From NCBI GenBank assembly GCA_028534125.1, contig CM052816.1, positions 51,710,001 to 51,774,000 of the forward strand: a stretch of DNA of 64,000 nt, in the 5' to 3' direction. Below, piece after piece: positions 24,820-38,039 of this stretch. The position numbers were made by a program, and so were the translations under genes. The notes under the pieces were generated by a model. That model was not told where the DNA came from. It saw only the letters and a list, made by a program, of their open reading frames with translations, and did no database searches. This DNA is from Lama glama (lineage: Eukaryota). Numbering within the stretch: position 1 is the stretch's first letter; each line of letters starts with the position of its first letter.

Positions 24820-27800
24820 TTTGGATCAAGACAGCCGAGTAAGAGGATGTGAAGCCCTCCTCTCCCAACAAACACATCAAAAAATATACCTAGATGTGGA
24901 ACTCTTCTCACTGAAAACTAATTGGACACTGGCACAAAGATTCTTGTATCACCAGGGCTGTAAGAAAAATACACAGGTAATCAGGTAGGAAGGTAAGAAA
25001 CCCGTCAGGTCAAGATCTGTGCCCCTGAGAGGACTCAGAGGAAAAGGGAGGTTACACAGGCGGACACCCGCCCTGGGGAGTGAACGGATGGAGCCACAGA
25101 TTGGGCACGCCAGTCCTGGGGTCCTATGTGAGGGAGACAAGCCCCTCTGGCTGGATGGAGGACTGTTGGGACTAACAGAAGGGCTGAAGGAAGCCTGGAC
25201 TCTGCTTGTAAGGAATGCCTGTACACTGTCTTGGCCCTGAGGCCAAGAGAGGTCTGCTCCAGCAGCTCCTGGGTTTTCTGTGACTGCCTCACCACACACA
25301 GCCTCCAAGCCACACACACACTCTGGCCCCACTCACTCCACATCACAGTGCAGCACTGGACCAAGAGCAGCCATGACCAAGGAAAAGACTTGACCGTGGA
25401 ACACAAAGGCAGCTCAGTCCTGTGGCAGAGCCTGTGTGGGGTGGCAATGGCTATTGTTGGTGCTTACTAAAGTAGTCCAGCTCTCTGATGGTAGCCACTC
25501 CACCATAGCTCACTCCCCACCCCCCGTACACACCAAGAGTCCACATGGGCCTCGCCTGCGCTGCAGAGCAATTCCACACAGGACAGGGACAGTGGAGGCT
25601 GAGAGGAGTGATCGGCTGTGAGGGACAAAGGGGACTTGCACCTGAGGCTGTGTCTTAGCAGAGCGAGGGTAACAGTTGCAGGTGCCTGCACATCAGAGCC
25701 CAGGCAGCACATCAGAGACAGTTCATATCTGTCAGCAGAGGATATGGGCTGAGAGCCCACGTGGGCCCCACTTGCTTTAGAACTCTCCCACTCTAGGGAA
25801 AGGGTCCTGATTGGGGAGAGGGAAAAACACACTTAAAGGGAAGAGAGCCAGCTTGGGCCCAATTCTCAGGGCTTTCAACAGTCCTCAGGGCAGTGACAGC
25901 CACTGAGGAGAAGTCCCACCTCACACCCACTGCGAGCTCTAGTCCCTCCATTTCTAGGTGATATTTGCCAGAACACCCTGAAGATGTGACTAGCAACCAT
26001 GTCAAATCCAGCTCTTCCACCAAAGGCGCTGGGATGCTCCCATAAAAGAACACCCCTTCAAGACTGCCACAGGTAACTGTTTCACTTAAATTCAGAGGCA
26101 GAGAAAGTTAAGCAAAATGAAAAGGCAGAGGGACTACTCTCAACTGAAAAAGCAAGAGAAAAACCCCTGAAAAAATAATGAAACCAGTAAATAATATACC
26201 AGATAAAGAATCCAAAGCACTGGTAATAAAAATATTAACTGAATTAGAGGAAAGAATTGATATATACAGTGAACAATTTAACAAGGAACTACTAAATATT
26301 TTTTTAAAACGCCCAATCAGAAATGAAGAAATCAATAGCCAAAATGAAAAACACACTAGAAAGAATGACTAGCAGACTAGCTGATACAGAAGAACACAGT
26401 GATCTGGAAGATAGAATAATGGAAGTCACCCAATCAGAACAGCTAAAGAAAAACAAAATTTTTAACACAGAAACAATTTAAGAGATCTCTGGTATAACAC
26501 TAAGCATACCAACATTCACATTATAGGGGTCCCAGAAGGACAAGAGAGAGAAAAGAGGATTAAAATAAATATATTTGGGGAAATTATGGCTAAAAACTTC
26601 CAAAACCTAAAGAAGGAAACATCTCCAGGTACAGGAAGCACAGAGGGTCCCCAAACAGACCCATATAAAGACATAATTAAAATGGCAAAAGTTAAAGAGA
26701 GAATTCTAAAGGCAGCACGAGAACAAAGAGTCAAATACAAGGGAATCTCCGTAAGTGTATTAGCTGATTTATCCACAAAAACTTTGAGGGTCAGAAGGGA
26801 GTGGCATGATAAATTCAAAGTGCTGAAAGGGAAAAAGCTGCAGCCTAAAATATGAGACCCAGCAAGATTATCATTTAGAATAGAATAAGAAATAAAGAAC
26901 TTCTCAGACAAGCAAATACTAAGAGAGTTCATCAATAACCAAACCTACACCAAAAGAAATGTTACAGGGTCTTCTCTAAATGGAAAAGAGTTAAGAATCT
27001 GTGGGAAAAGGAAAACCCCATTAGGAAAGGCAAATATATAGTAAAGACTGAGGATAAACCACTTAAGTCAGGATGAAGATTAAGAGACAAAAACTGTAAA
27101 AAGCAACTACAAATACAAGGGATAGTTAAAGGAAAAGCATGAAGATGTTAAAATATGACATCAAAAATACAAAATGTGAGGGATGAGAATTTTTAAAATG
27201 AAGATATTTTATAATATATTTGAACTTAAATGATTACCAGTTTAGTAGACACAGTTGTAGGACAACATATATGAACCCTATAGTAATCACAAAGCCAAAG
27301 ACTACAGTAGATGCACAAAAACTAAAAAGAAAGGAATACCATCACACCACAAGGGAAGATACAAAAATAAGAAATAAACAGAGAATTACTAAAGAAAAAA
27401 AAAGTAATAACATGGCAGTAAGTATATACCTATCAATAATTCCTTTAAATGTCAATGGACTGAATACGCCAATCCAAAGACACAGGATTGCCTGACTGGA
27501 TTAAAAAAACAAGACCCTTCTATATGCTGCCTACAGGAGATTCACTTCAGAGCAAAAGACAGAATGAAAGTGAGAGGATGGAAAAGATAGTTCATGCAAA
27601 CAGAAACAAGAAAGCAGGGACAGCAATACTGATATCAGACAAAATAGATTTTAAAACAAAGGCTATAATAAGAGATAAAGAAGGGACATATATAATGATA
27701 AAGGAATCAGTATAAGAAGAGGATATTACACTTATTAACATATATGTACCCAATACAGGAGCACTTAAAAATATAAAGCAAATACTAACTGACATAAAAA

Positions 27801-30800
27801 AAAGGAACTGACAATAATACAGTAACAGTAAGGGAATTTAACATCCTACTTAGATCAATGGACAGAACATCCAGACAGAAAATCAATAAAGGAATAGTGA
27901 TCTTAAATGATACAATAGACCAGTTGTACTTAATAGATATCTACATCCAAAAACAACAGAATACACATTCTTTTCAAGTGCACGTGGAACATCCTCCAGG
28001 ATAAATCACATGCCAGGCCACAAAACAAGCCTCAACAAATTTAAGATGATAAAAATGATATAAAGCATTTTTTTTCCAAGCATAACAGCAGGAAACTAGA
28101 AACCAATTATAGGAAGAAAATATGGGGAAAGAACAAACACATGGAGACCATGTAACACGCTACTAAAAAATAACCAATGGTCACTAAAGAAATCAAAGAG
28201 GAATTCAGAAAATACCTCAATACAAATGAAGATGGAAATACAACACTCCAAAATCTATGGGATGCAGCAAAAGCATTTCTAAGAGGGAAATATATTAGTG
28301 ATACAGGCCTTCTTCAAGAATCAAGAAAAATCTCAAATAAACAAACTACTACCTTAAACAATTAAATAAAGAAGAAACAAAGCCCAAACTCTGCAGAAGG
28401 AAAGAACTAACAAAGATCAGAGAGGAAATAGAGACTAAAAAACAATAGAAAAGATCAATAAAACCAAGAACTGTTTTTGTTTTTGTTTTTGTTTTCCAAA
28501 GAAACAAAATTGATAGACCTTTAGCCAGGCTCACCAAGAAGAGAAAAGGACCCAAATAAAACAAAGAAATGAAAGAGGAGAAATAATAAGATAGCATTTT
28601 AAAAAATGAGAATACTATGAACAATTATATGTCAAAAAAATTGGACAACACGGAAGAAATAAACTTCCAGAAACATACAGCTTGCCAAGACAGAATCAAT
28701 AAAATATAGACAACTTGAATAGACTAGTACTAAAAATAAATAAAAATAGTAATTAAAAAAAACTCTGAGCATACAAAAGTCCAGGACCAGATGACTTCAC
28801 AGGTGAATTCTACATTTACAGAAAGCTTTTAACACCGGTCCTTCTAAAATTATTCCAAAATCTTGCAGAGGAAGGAGTGCTTCCAAACTCATTCCATGAG
28901 GCCAGCGTTACACTGATATCAAAACCAAACAAAGTTATCACAAAAAAATAAAACTACACGCCAATATCACTAATGAACAGAAATGCAAAAATCTTCAAGA
29001 AAATATTAGCAAACTGAATACATTAAAAGGAACAAGTGGGATTTATCCTAGGGACTTGAGAATTTTTCAATATCCATAAATTGAATAATGTGCTGTATTA
29101 TATTAACAAATGGAAGCATAAAAACCATATGATCATCACAATAGACACAAAAAAAGGTTTTTACAAAATTCAAAATCAATTTATGTTAAAAAAAAAAACT
29201 CTCCAGAAAATGGGTATAGAGGGAATATTTTTCAACATAATAAAGGCCATATATGACAAACCCACAGTTAACATCATACTCAATGGTGAAAAGCTGAAAA
29301 CATTTCTTCTAAGATTAGAAACAATACAAAGATGTCCACTCTTGCCGCTTTTATTCAACATAGTTTCAGAAGTCCTAACCACAGCAATCAGAGAAGAAAA
29401 TGAAATTAAAGAATCTGAATTGGAAAGGGTTAGGGTTGGGTTAAATGTAAAATGGTCACTGGTTGCCGATGACATAATACTATACATCGAAAATCCTCAA
29501 GATGCTACCAAGAAAACTAACAGAGCTCATCAATAAATTCAGTCAAGTTGCAAGATACAAAATTAATATACAGAAATATGTTACATTTCTTTACACTAAC
29601 AATAAACTATTAGAAAAAGAAATCAAGGAGACAATCCATTTATAATTGCATCAAAAGAATAAAGTGCCCAGGAATAAACCTACCTGAGGAGGTAAAAGAC
29701 CTGTACTCAGAAAACTGTATGACACTGATGAAAGAAATTGAAGACAAAATAAAGAAATGGAAAGATATATCCTGTTCATGGATTAGAAGAATTAATATTG
29801 TTAAAATGAACATACTACCCAAGGCAATCTACAGATTAAATGCAATCCCTATCAAAATACCAGTGGCATTTTTCACAGAACTGGAACAAATAAAATTTGT
29901 ATAGAAACACAAAAGACCCCAAATAGTAAAAACATTCTTGAGAAACCATAAAACTTGTAGTAGAAAACATAGGCAGAACACTTTGGTATTAATCATAGCG
30001 ATATTTTTTTTAATCTGTTTCCTAGGGTAAAGGAAATATAAGCAAAAAGAAACAAGTGAGACCAAAATAAATGTAAAAACTTTTGCTCAGCAAAGGAAAT
30101 CACTGACAAAATGAAGACAACATACTTATTGGGAGAAAATATTTGCAAATGATGTGATTGATAAGGGGTTAAAATCCACAATAAATAAAAAATTCATGCA
30201 ACTCAAATTCAAAACAAGTCAATTAAAAAAAAGCAAGCTGAAAATGTGAATGGACATTTTTCCAAAGACATACAGATGGCCAACAGGTACATGAAAATAT
30301 GCTCCACTTCATTAATCAGAGAACTGCAAATTAAAACCACAATGAGGTATCACTTCACACCTGTCAGAATGATGATCATGGAAAAACCTACAAATAACAA
30401 ATGTTGGTGAGGATGTGGAGGAAAGGGAACCCTCGTACACTGTGGGTGGAAATGTAAATTGGTGCAGCCACTCTGCAAAAAGGTAAGGAGGTTCTTCAAA
30501 AGACTAAAACTAGAACTACCATATGATCCAGCAATTCTACTCCTGGGTATATATTCAGAAAAGATGAAAACACTAATTTGAAAAGATACATGTGCCCCAG
30601 TGTTCACAGCAGCACTATTTACAATAGTTACGATATGGAAGCAACACAAGTGTCCATCAAGAGACAAAAGGATAAAGAAGGTGTGTATACACACCCACAC
30701 ACACACACCCAATGTTGTGTTACTTAGACACAAAAAAATTAAATTCTGCCATTTGCAGCAACATGGATGGACTTAGGGAATATTATGCTTACTGCAAAAC

Positions 30801-31143
30801 TCAGAGAAAGACAAATATTATATGTAACACTTATATGTGCAATCTAAAAATATACTAATGAATGCATATAGCAAAACAGAAACATACTCACTGATATGGA
30901 AAACAAACTAGTGATTACCAGTGGGGAGAGGGGAAGGAGAAGGAGCATGTTAGGGGTAAGGGATTAAGAGATACAAACTACTATGTATAAAATAGATAAG
31001 CAACATGGATATATTGTATAACACAGGGAACTATAGCCATTATCTTGTAATAACTTTTAATGGAGTATAATCTGTAAAAATACTGAATCACTATGCTGTA
31101 CAACTGAAACTAATATTGTAAACTAAATATAGTTCAATAAAAA
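24820..31143 (+). mobile_element. Near full-length, inactive LINE-1 (cetartiodactyl-type)
   Basis: 5'UTR about 24820-26116. ORF1 remnant 26117-26979 (MKRQR...RILKAAREQ...). ORF2 remnant from ATG 27412 with endonuclease (LNVNGLN, KAGTAILISDKIDFK) and RT (ADD motif) segments. AATAAA at 31136. Many stops and frameshifts. Confidence 0.95.
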
Positions 31144-33179
31144 GAAATCAGAGATCTAAATGAATTGATTTTTGAAAATGTTTGTATATAGACTGTTTCA
31201 ACTGGAAAGTAATAGTCTACACATTACTGGGATGCAAACAGAATTATAAGATTAATTCCTCATTATGTAATCTTTATCCCCCTGAGACTTCTAGCCAGTG
31301 TCCTGAGATTAAAAGGTAGCTGTGGGAAGTTTACTTTGACTTCTACCTTCTAGAAGGGATGAGACCAGAAGAGGAATCTTGCAAAGGACAAAGGAATTTA
31401 TTCACACGGTTGTTTCCTTTCAAAGGAAGCTCTGAAAGAATTCCATTCATTTACCTAACCTAAACACAGTGCTCCTTTTCCTGCCATTAAAGTTTGACAG
31501 CTGCTGCCTGCATCACAAAAATTCTTACTTCTCAAGCCCTGTTTAAAGCAAAGGCTGAATTAAGATGGGAGAATGGGATTAGAAACTTCAAAGAGAGGAC
31601 TTAAAAAAAAACAAATCTATTTTCCTTTCATAATAGAAATATTCTTATGGGTCAATGAAGAAATGAGTTATCCAATCATGCATTATCTTGATCAAGTGAA
31701 ATCTAACTTCTTTCATAAGAAGTTCATATAATTTTTTAAAGTAGAATTACATTAAATCCTCTCTATATATTCTTCTCTCTCATGTGGTAGTCCTGTAGTC
31801 TTTAGTACCTACAATTAGTCCTTGTAGTTAAGGTAACATGTAGAGTTATTGAAAAGTTAATGTGCCTTCATAAATGTTATTAAAAGGATTAATCGGCTCT
31901 TGAAACTACTGTTTCACTCAAGGAATAACTTTGGCACTGGTAAGAACAGAGTCCAATCTTCTTTGAAACATCATTAAGATTAAAAAAAGGATTCAGGAAA
32001 ACTAAAAGCCAGGTTGACACAGATCTTACACTACTGTGGCAAGTGGTAACAGCAACTCACAATGACTATCATCCTCCCTGTAATGAATGATTACGATCTG
32101 ATAGAAGAACTGCATTTCTCCATTAAGAGATCTTTCAGGACGCTTTGCTTTGGGACTTACTACACTCCTCTCCATTATTTACATTCAAGCCAGTTAACAG
32201 TAATCTTTTTCAGTCTCTTTCTACGCGTATCCCTCCTCATTGGCCCCTGGAGTCCTGTTATAGGAGCAGCGTTAATGAACACACACCCCTGGGTCAGCAG
32301 GGAGGTGGCTCCTTAGTCATCACAGCACATGGTAGCGGCTACTTAGAATGAAGCCCCACTGCCTGCCTCTATCAGGCCCTCAGTCTCAGTTCCCACTGGG
32401 ACTCCTGAACACTTGAACTATTTTAAGTTTTACCTCTAAATTCTAATTCTTCACGAAGATATTTTAAAGAATTCTATAGTCTGTATTAAGTCAGTTTGGT
32501 TTTTGTTTTTCAAGTTTTATTTTTAACTTATCTATCGGGGTGTTAGGAAAGAAAGTGTTCAGTGACTGGTAGTCAACATGTCAATGCAGTATTTCTCATC
32601 AAAACACATTCATTCAATTCTTTCAACATCTGATGTGGGTGGGGGGCACTGTTGATGGTAAGGCAGTCACATCCAGATAAAACTGATTAGTTACATGGCT
32701 TTCAAAAACTTTAAAAGTCAGCATTTCTTAAGGAAAATAATTAAATCACAGTCCAACATATTTCTAAAACCTCAGTATTTGATGATTGCTTGCAATAATT
32801 CACTGGCTACATCCCTGAGATAAGACTTCTTCCTTTAGAGGCAGGCAAGTAAAATTAATTATCGGTGAGTATGCTGTTTAAAATGCTGTGATTTTACCTT
32901 GTGTCCCAAATGACTCCCATGTCTCAAAGGCTAAGATCAAAGCGGGGGGGGGGGGGAATGGAAGCACGCACACAGACCGCACCTCTGACCAGGATGGCAG
33001 ACACAGCTGCTGGGCAGCAGAATGAGCACACTTCCCTGTCCGCAGTGAGCTCCCTCTCCCTGAGCCTGAACGGAGCCCGAGAGCCTAAAGGCCTCCAGAA
33101 AGCTCATCACTGGTACATGCCCAGTGGTGATTAGCATTCAGGAGCAGTAAAATGCTTAATTTTTAAAACCTATTCGTTT

Positions 33180-33338
33180 TGTTTGTTGTAAATCATTTTG
33201 CTGGGGTATGAATGCCAAGTAAAAAGCTGTACATATTTTATATATACATCAGTAAATTTGAGGGTAAGTGTACACCCATGAAACCATCAGGGACATAATA
33301 GATCTATCACCTCCCAAAGGAGCCGCCCATCCCCTTTT

Positions 33339-33377
<39 letters not shown>

Positions 33378-34467
33378 TGTGTTAAGACTAGTGAAAATTT
33401 TCTAAGAAGGTAGCTCTAAGTATGTGATTCAGTATTGTTAGCTGTAGGCACCGTTGGCTACAGGCACTATGCTGTAGTAATAGATCTCCAGAACTTACTT
33501 ATCTTACGTAACTGAAAACTTTCCACCCTTTTAAACATCACCTCCTCATTTCCTCCTCCCCTCCAGCTCATGGCAATCATCATACTGTTTCCATGGGTTT
33601 GACGTAAATGATTCCACAGTTAAGTGAGATCATACGGTATTTATCTTTCTGTCTGGCTTATTTCAATGACCATAATATCCTCCAGGTCCATCCGTGTTGT
33701 TGCAAATGACAGGATTTCCTTCTTGTTTAAGGCTGAATAACACTCCCTTCTATGTATATACTGCATTTTTTTAATTCATCCATAAATGGACTTTTAGGTT
33801 GTTTCCCTATCTTGAATATTGTGAATAATGTGACAATGAACGTGGGAATTCAGGTATCTCTTTGAGATCCTAGTTTCAATTCCTTTGGGTAAATACCCAG
33901 AAGTGGGATAGCTGGATTACATGGCAGTTCTATTGTTAATTTTCTGAGGAACCTAAAGACTATTTTCAATGCTGCTGCACCAATTGACATTCTCACCAAC
34001 AGTGTACAAGGGTTCCCGTTTCTCTACATTTGTCAATACTTGTTATTTTTAAATAAGCAACCTCCTAACAGGTGTCAGATATTTCATTACAGTTTTGATT
34101 TGCATTCCCCTAATAATTAGTGATCTATGAATACCTTTTCAAATACCTGCTGGCCATTTCTAGGTCTTCTTTGGGAACATGTTTATTCAGGTCCTTTGAC
34201 CATTTTTTAATTATGTTATTAGGTCTTTTGCTGTAGAGTTATAGGAGTTCCTTATATTTTGGACAAGAAGCCCTTATCAGATACATAGTTTGAAAATGTT
34301 TCATTGTTTCCTTTGCTATGTAGAAGCTTTTTAGTTTGACACAATCCCCCTTATTTCTTTCGCTTTTGTTGTCTGTTTTTGGTGCCAAATCCAGGAAAGT
34401 ATTGCCAAAAATGGGTGTCAAGGAACTTTTCCTCTATGTCTTCTTCTAGGAGTATTACAGTTTCAGT
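33180..34467 (-). mobile_element. 5'-truncated older LINE-1 (L1MA/MB-like ORF2 end plus 3'UTR), antisense
   Basis: aaatacccagaagtgggatagctggattacatgg, ttgatttgcattccc and tagaagctttttagtttga are reverse-complement L1 motifs. Confidence 0.9.
33341..33376. repeat. (GT)18 microsatellite
   Basis: Direct reading. Confidence 0.95.
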
Positions 34468-36019
34468 AGTGAAACAACACATAAAAATCTGATTCACCCC
34501 AAACAAGAAGGTGGAGATATATTTCTAATAAGGAATATTGTGGAAACTCTAGCCAAGAGGAAAAAACACCCTTCAGAATCTGACTTGCAAAGTTTTGTTA
34601 CTCTAGCTTAAGATATTTTGGTTATTATAAAAATTAAGAAATTTTAAATGTCTGATTAGAAGCAGTATGATACTGTCACAGTATAGTGTCACAGTGACAG
34701 ATCATAGTTATAGTAGAAAGAAAATGTGGGTTATAATCTTGCTGTCATAATATAACTCTAAATAGGTTATGTTCTGAGCCTCAGTTTGTTCAGCTATAAA
34801 CTAAGAACATTGATTTGAAAAATCTCTTAAGCACCGTAAACTTCAAGAAAGTAATAATGTTTTCTCTTCTTAATCCTATTGCATTTTGATAATACTAATA
34901 ACAATGCTGTATCTAACACTGTTAATGTCAGGATTAGATCTTATAAATAGCTAGAAAATTGTATTGAAGTAGAGAAACATCCTGCTAATAAAAGCAAATT
35001 TAGAGGCTAATTTTCCTATGTTATCATTGAAAATGCAAGGGAAACAGTTTAATATCAATTTTCTCAGATAACTTTAGGTTCCCAGAGAAAGACACAACTA
35101 AGAAGGGATGAGAGTCAGAAGTGACATGATTAAATGCATCCCCCGCCCAACGCATGAAGCCCATTCACAAATTTAACATTTTAAAAATATACCTATATCT
35201 CTATAGGAGTAACTTTTGTCCACTTGACTACACTCTGAACTTTTATTTCATCTAAGCTCTAAAACTCTAACCTGGGGAGTTGCTAATAATATTTCAAGAA
35301 CTGAGGTTATTAAAGCATAAAGAAGTTATTGTTATCAAGTTATCTTGTTCTTGTGGAGGTTGTCTGCTATTCTTTTTCATTCATTTGAAGAGAACTCTAA
35401 ATGTCCACTTGAAAGAAGAAAGCTATCATAATTACACAATGGTGTATTAATGAACTTTTAGTACCTGAAATGTTTAGGATTTAGAAGATGTACTAATGCA
35501 GACAGAGGTCACAGGAAAGCAAATTTAATGAAAAGGTTTTAATCAAAATGCCCAAAGCCTAATACGCCATGCAGTGGTAACATCAAACTTGGCAGAACTT
35601 GATATATTTCAGAGATAGGGGGAGAGGAAGAGGAGGCAGTGGCCACATCATACACGGACTTATTCTTTACTTGGTGGTGCAATTTGTCTGGAATTAGACT
35701 ATAATTTGATGCACCCTGCACAGATTCAAATGTACCTACATATTGTTTTGGTACTTGAATTCACAGTTTACCTAGTTTTTGTATTTTACTTTGACTACGT
35801 TTTTATAATTATGCTACAGTTACCATATATAATTTGTTCTGAAACAGAAAAATCTCTCGTGTTGGGTTTGATCAAATGATTATAGCACCCTCTGTACATA
35901 CACATTTCCCGTTTCAATGGTACTTGTGCACTTTGGGCTATGTTTTAGAATCAAATTTTATTTTACAAAAAAAACAGTTCCTAAACTATACTGAATTTCT
36001 GAAGTTCCACCAGTTTCCA

Positions 36020-36170
36020 CTGTGTGACTTTGGGCAAGGTACTTAATTTGTGCTCATGTTCTCAAATATAAAGCAGGAATTATTAATAGTACCCTATACC
36101 AATCCATGCAGTGGCCTGTGACAGTTACATGAAACCATGCATATAAATCACTTTGTATGCTGTATGGAAA
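36020..36170 (+). mobile_element. MIR SINE
   Basis: ctgtgtgactttgggcaaggtacttaa core. Confidence 0.65.
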
Positions 36171-36869
36171 ATGCAACAATAATGTTGCTACAAGCACTAA
36201 AAATAAATCTAGGGATTCTCTTTTGTAATTAGAAAATATTGAAAGAAAAATCTTCTTAGGTTGATTCTACTATATGAAGAAAATACCTAGAGTTTACAAA
36301 AGCATTCCAAACTATGCATGCATATTTCTTTTAAAGCCAACTGGTAAATTTCCTTTTTTTAATTGAAAAAATTAAAATTTTGCTCTGTTTCAGTCTAGGA
36401 GGTGCATTGGTTGACTAAGAACTTAAAGTTTCAGGTATTCTTTAAAAATTTCATAACATGTATAGGACTAAATTTTCATCCTCTGTAGATTTATTTAGTT
36501 TTTTAAAAACTTAAGTAAATTAAGTCTTTCACAGTAAAATCAGTTATAGGAAAACAGACAGAAATCTCAAACACAATTAATTACTTCACTATTTGAGAAA
36601 CCAGAGCAGAAAAGTAGCTGATATAAAAATTCTATTAAAGTGATGTGTTTTACAGGACATATTCCAGATGCAGGTCAGATTTGGTCTAATTGATCGCATT
36701 TTACATTTTTAATCCATACATGCATTATCGAGGTATGGCAGAAGGTCCAGAAGTACGAACATTTTTATATTTGTTGAAGTATAGACTAGAGCAAGACAGT
36801 GGGTCAAAGTACTTGAGAAAGATGTTTAAAAAGTAGTTCTTAACCTTCTAGCATCAGGAAATCCAGTTA

Positions 36870-37180
36870 GCTCTTCTGCTCAATGTTTGCATTATTGCCT
36901 CTTACTCTTACTGTGGATCTCAGCCCACAAGTCACCTCCATAGAGAGCTCTTCCCTGACGCCCATGGCTTAAGTTGCCCACCACTCACCCCATTTCATGC
37001 TTTATTTTCTTCATAGCACTTATTTCTCTGCTAAATTATCTTAAAGTTTGTGTGTTTATCTTTGGTCTTCTCTCACTAAAATGTGAGCTCTATGAGAGCA
37101 GGAAATCTGACTGCCTTGCTCACCACTGTGCCCAGAACAACATTTGAGGCACGAATGAATGGAAGCAATGGCTGAATGTG
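36870..37180 (+). mobile_element. L2 3' end
   Basis: gtcacctccatagagagctcttccctgac...tgtgagctctatgagagcagg...gaatgaatgg. Confidence 0.75.
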
Positions 37181-37279
37181 AATTACTCATCAGTAGGTTT
37201 GCAGCCTCAGCATGGTCCTCTTGTTGGGGATGGAAGGGGTCAGAGGTGGATAAAACCCCACATAACTGACAATGCCCTT

Positions 37280-37990
37280 ACATTAGAAGGGTCTCCTGCC
37301 CTGGTCCTGCACTTTAAAGGGCTCCATGTATCACAAGCACACCCACCCACATTTTCATTAACCCAGACATGAGGTACTTTTGGGGTCTGGCACTCAACAC
37401 TGACATGGCACCATCCTTAACCCTAAATGTTCACTCTGATGGGAAACACTGTCCAGGCCTCAGAGAAACGCCTCTCCACCTTGCTTGCCCTCTTGCCCTG
37501 TGTCCCCCAAAAGGTGTCTGAATTTAACAAAGGTCTGTGACTTTTCAGTCAGAGATAAACACCGCTTTAGAGTGTGGGAGGATTTGAGCGGGAGAATTCA
37601 GTGACAAATTTCAGCAGGCGAAGTTTTCTCACATACCGAGGTTCTGTCTTTTCTTCCACTTCCTGACTCAGGAGACACTTGGGAATGAGGGCAGTGTGTG
37701 CAGTAGTAGCACATAGTGGCTGTGTTAACTTGCTACAGTGTGAAACAATTACTCATCCGAACATCGCCAGCCCATTAAGCACATGCATAATAAAAATTCA
37801 GTTGTGTTTTATACTTTGCCAACTTTCTATTTTGTCATCATAAATGTATATTTTAAGATGGGAGGATAGAACATATTTTATTTAACAATTTGCTCACTTG
37901 ATTTATAATTTTAAATATTTAGACATATGGTGTGTAGGCCTCCATTTGGGCTCTTGCTCTAAAATGTACAATTTTTAGACACAGGCTTGG
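37280..37990 (-). mobile_element. hAT-Tip100 DNA transposon (MER115/Zaphod-like)
   Basis: gaggatagaacatattttatttaacaatttg...tttaaatatttagacatatgg..ggcctccatttg matches the recalled consensus end in reverse. Confidence 0.65.
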
Positions 37991-38039
37991 AATGATGAGA
38001 TAGAAGAATAATTGTTTCATATCCATGCTGTAAGTTACA

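Noticed and set aside
24788..24822. TSD for the long L1 (aaatctcagacctaa vs aaatcagagatctaa near 31145)
   Set aside because: Only a 12/15 match and offset from the apparent 5' end, so not convincing.
24949..26053. Cluster of ORFs on both strands
   Set aside because: They lie in the GC-richer L1 5'UTR and show no coding signature.
26117..30700. ORFs with endonuclease and reverse-transcriptase motifs as a novel RT system
   Set aside because: They are fragments of an ordinary decayed LINE-1 with stops, frameshifts and a deletion.
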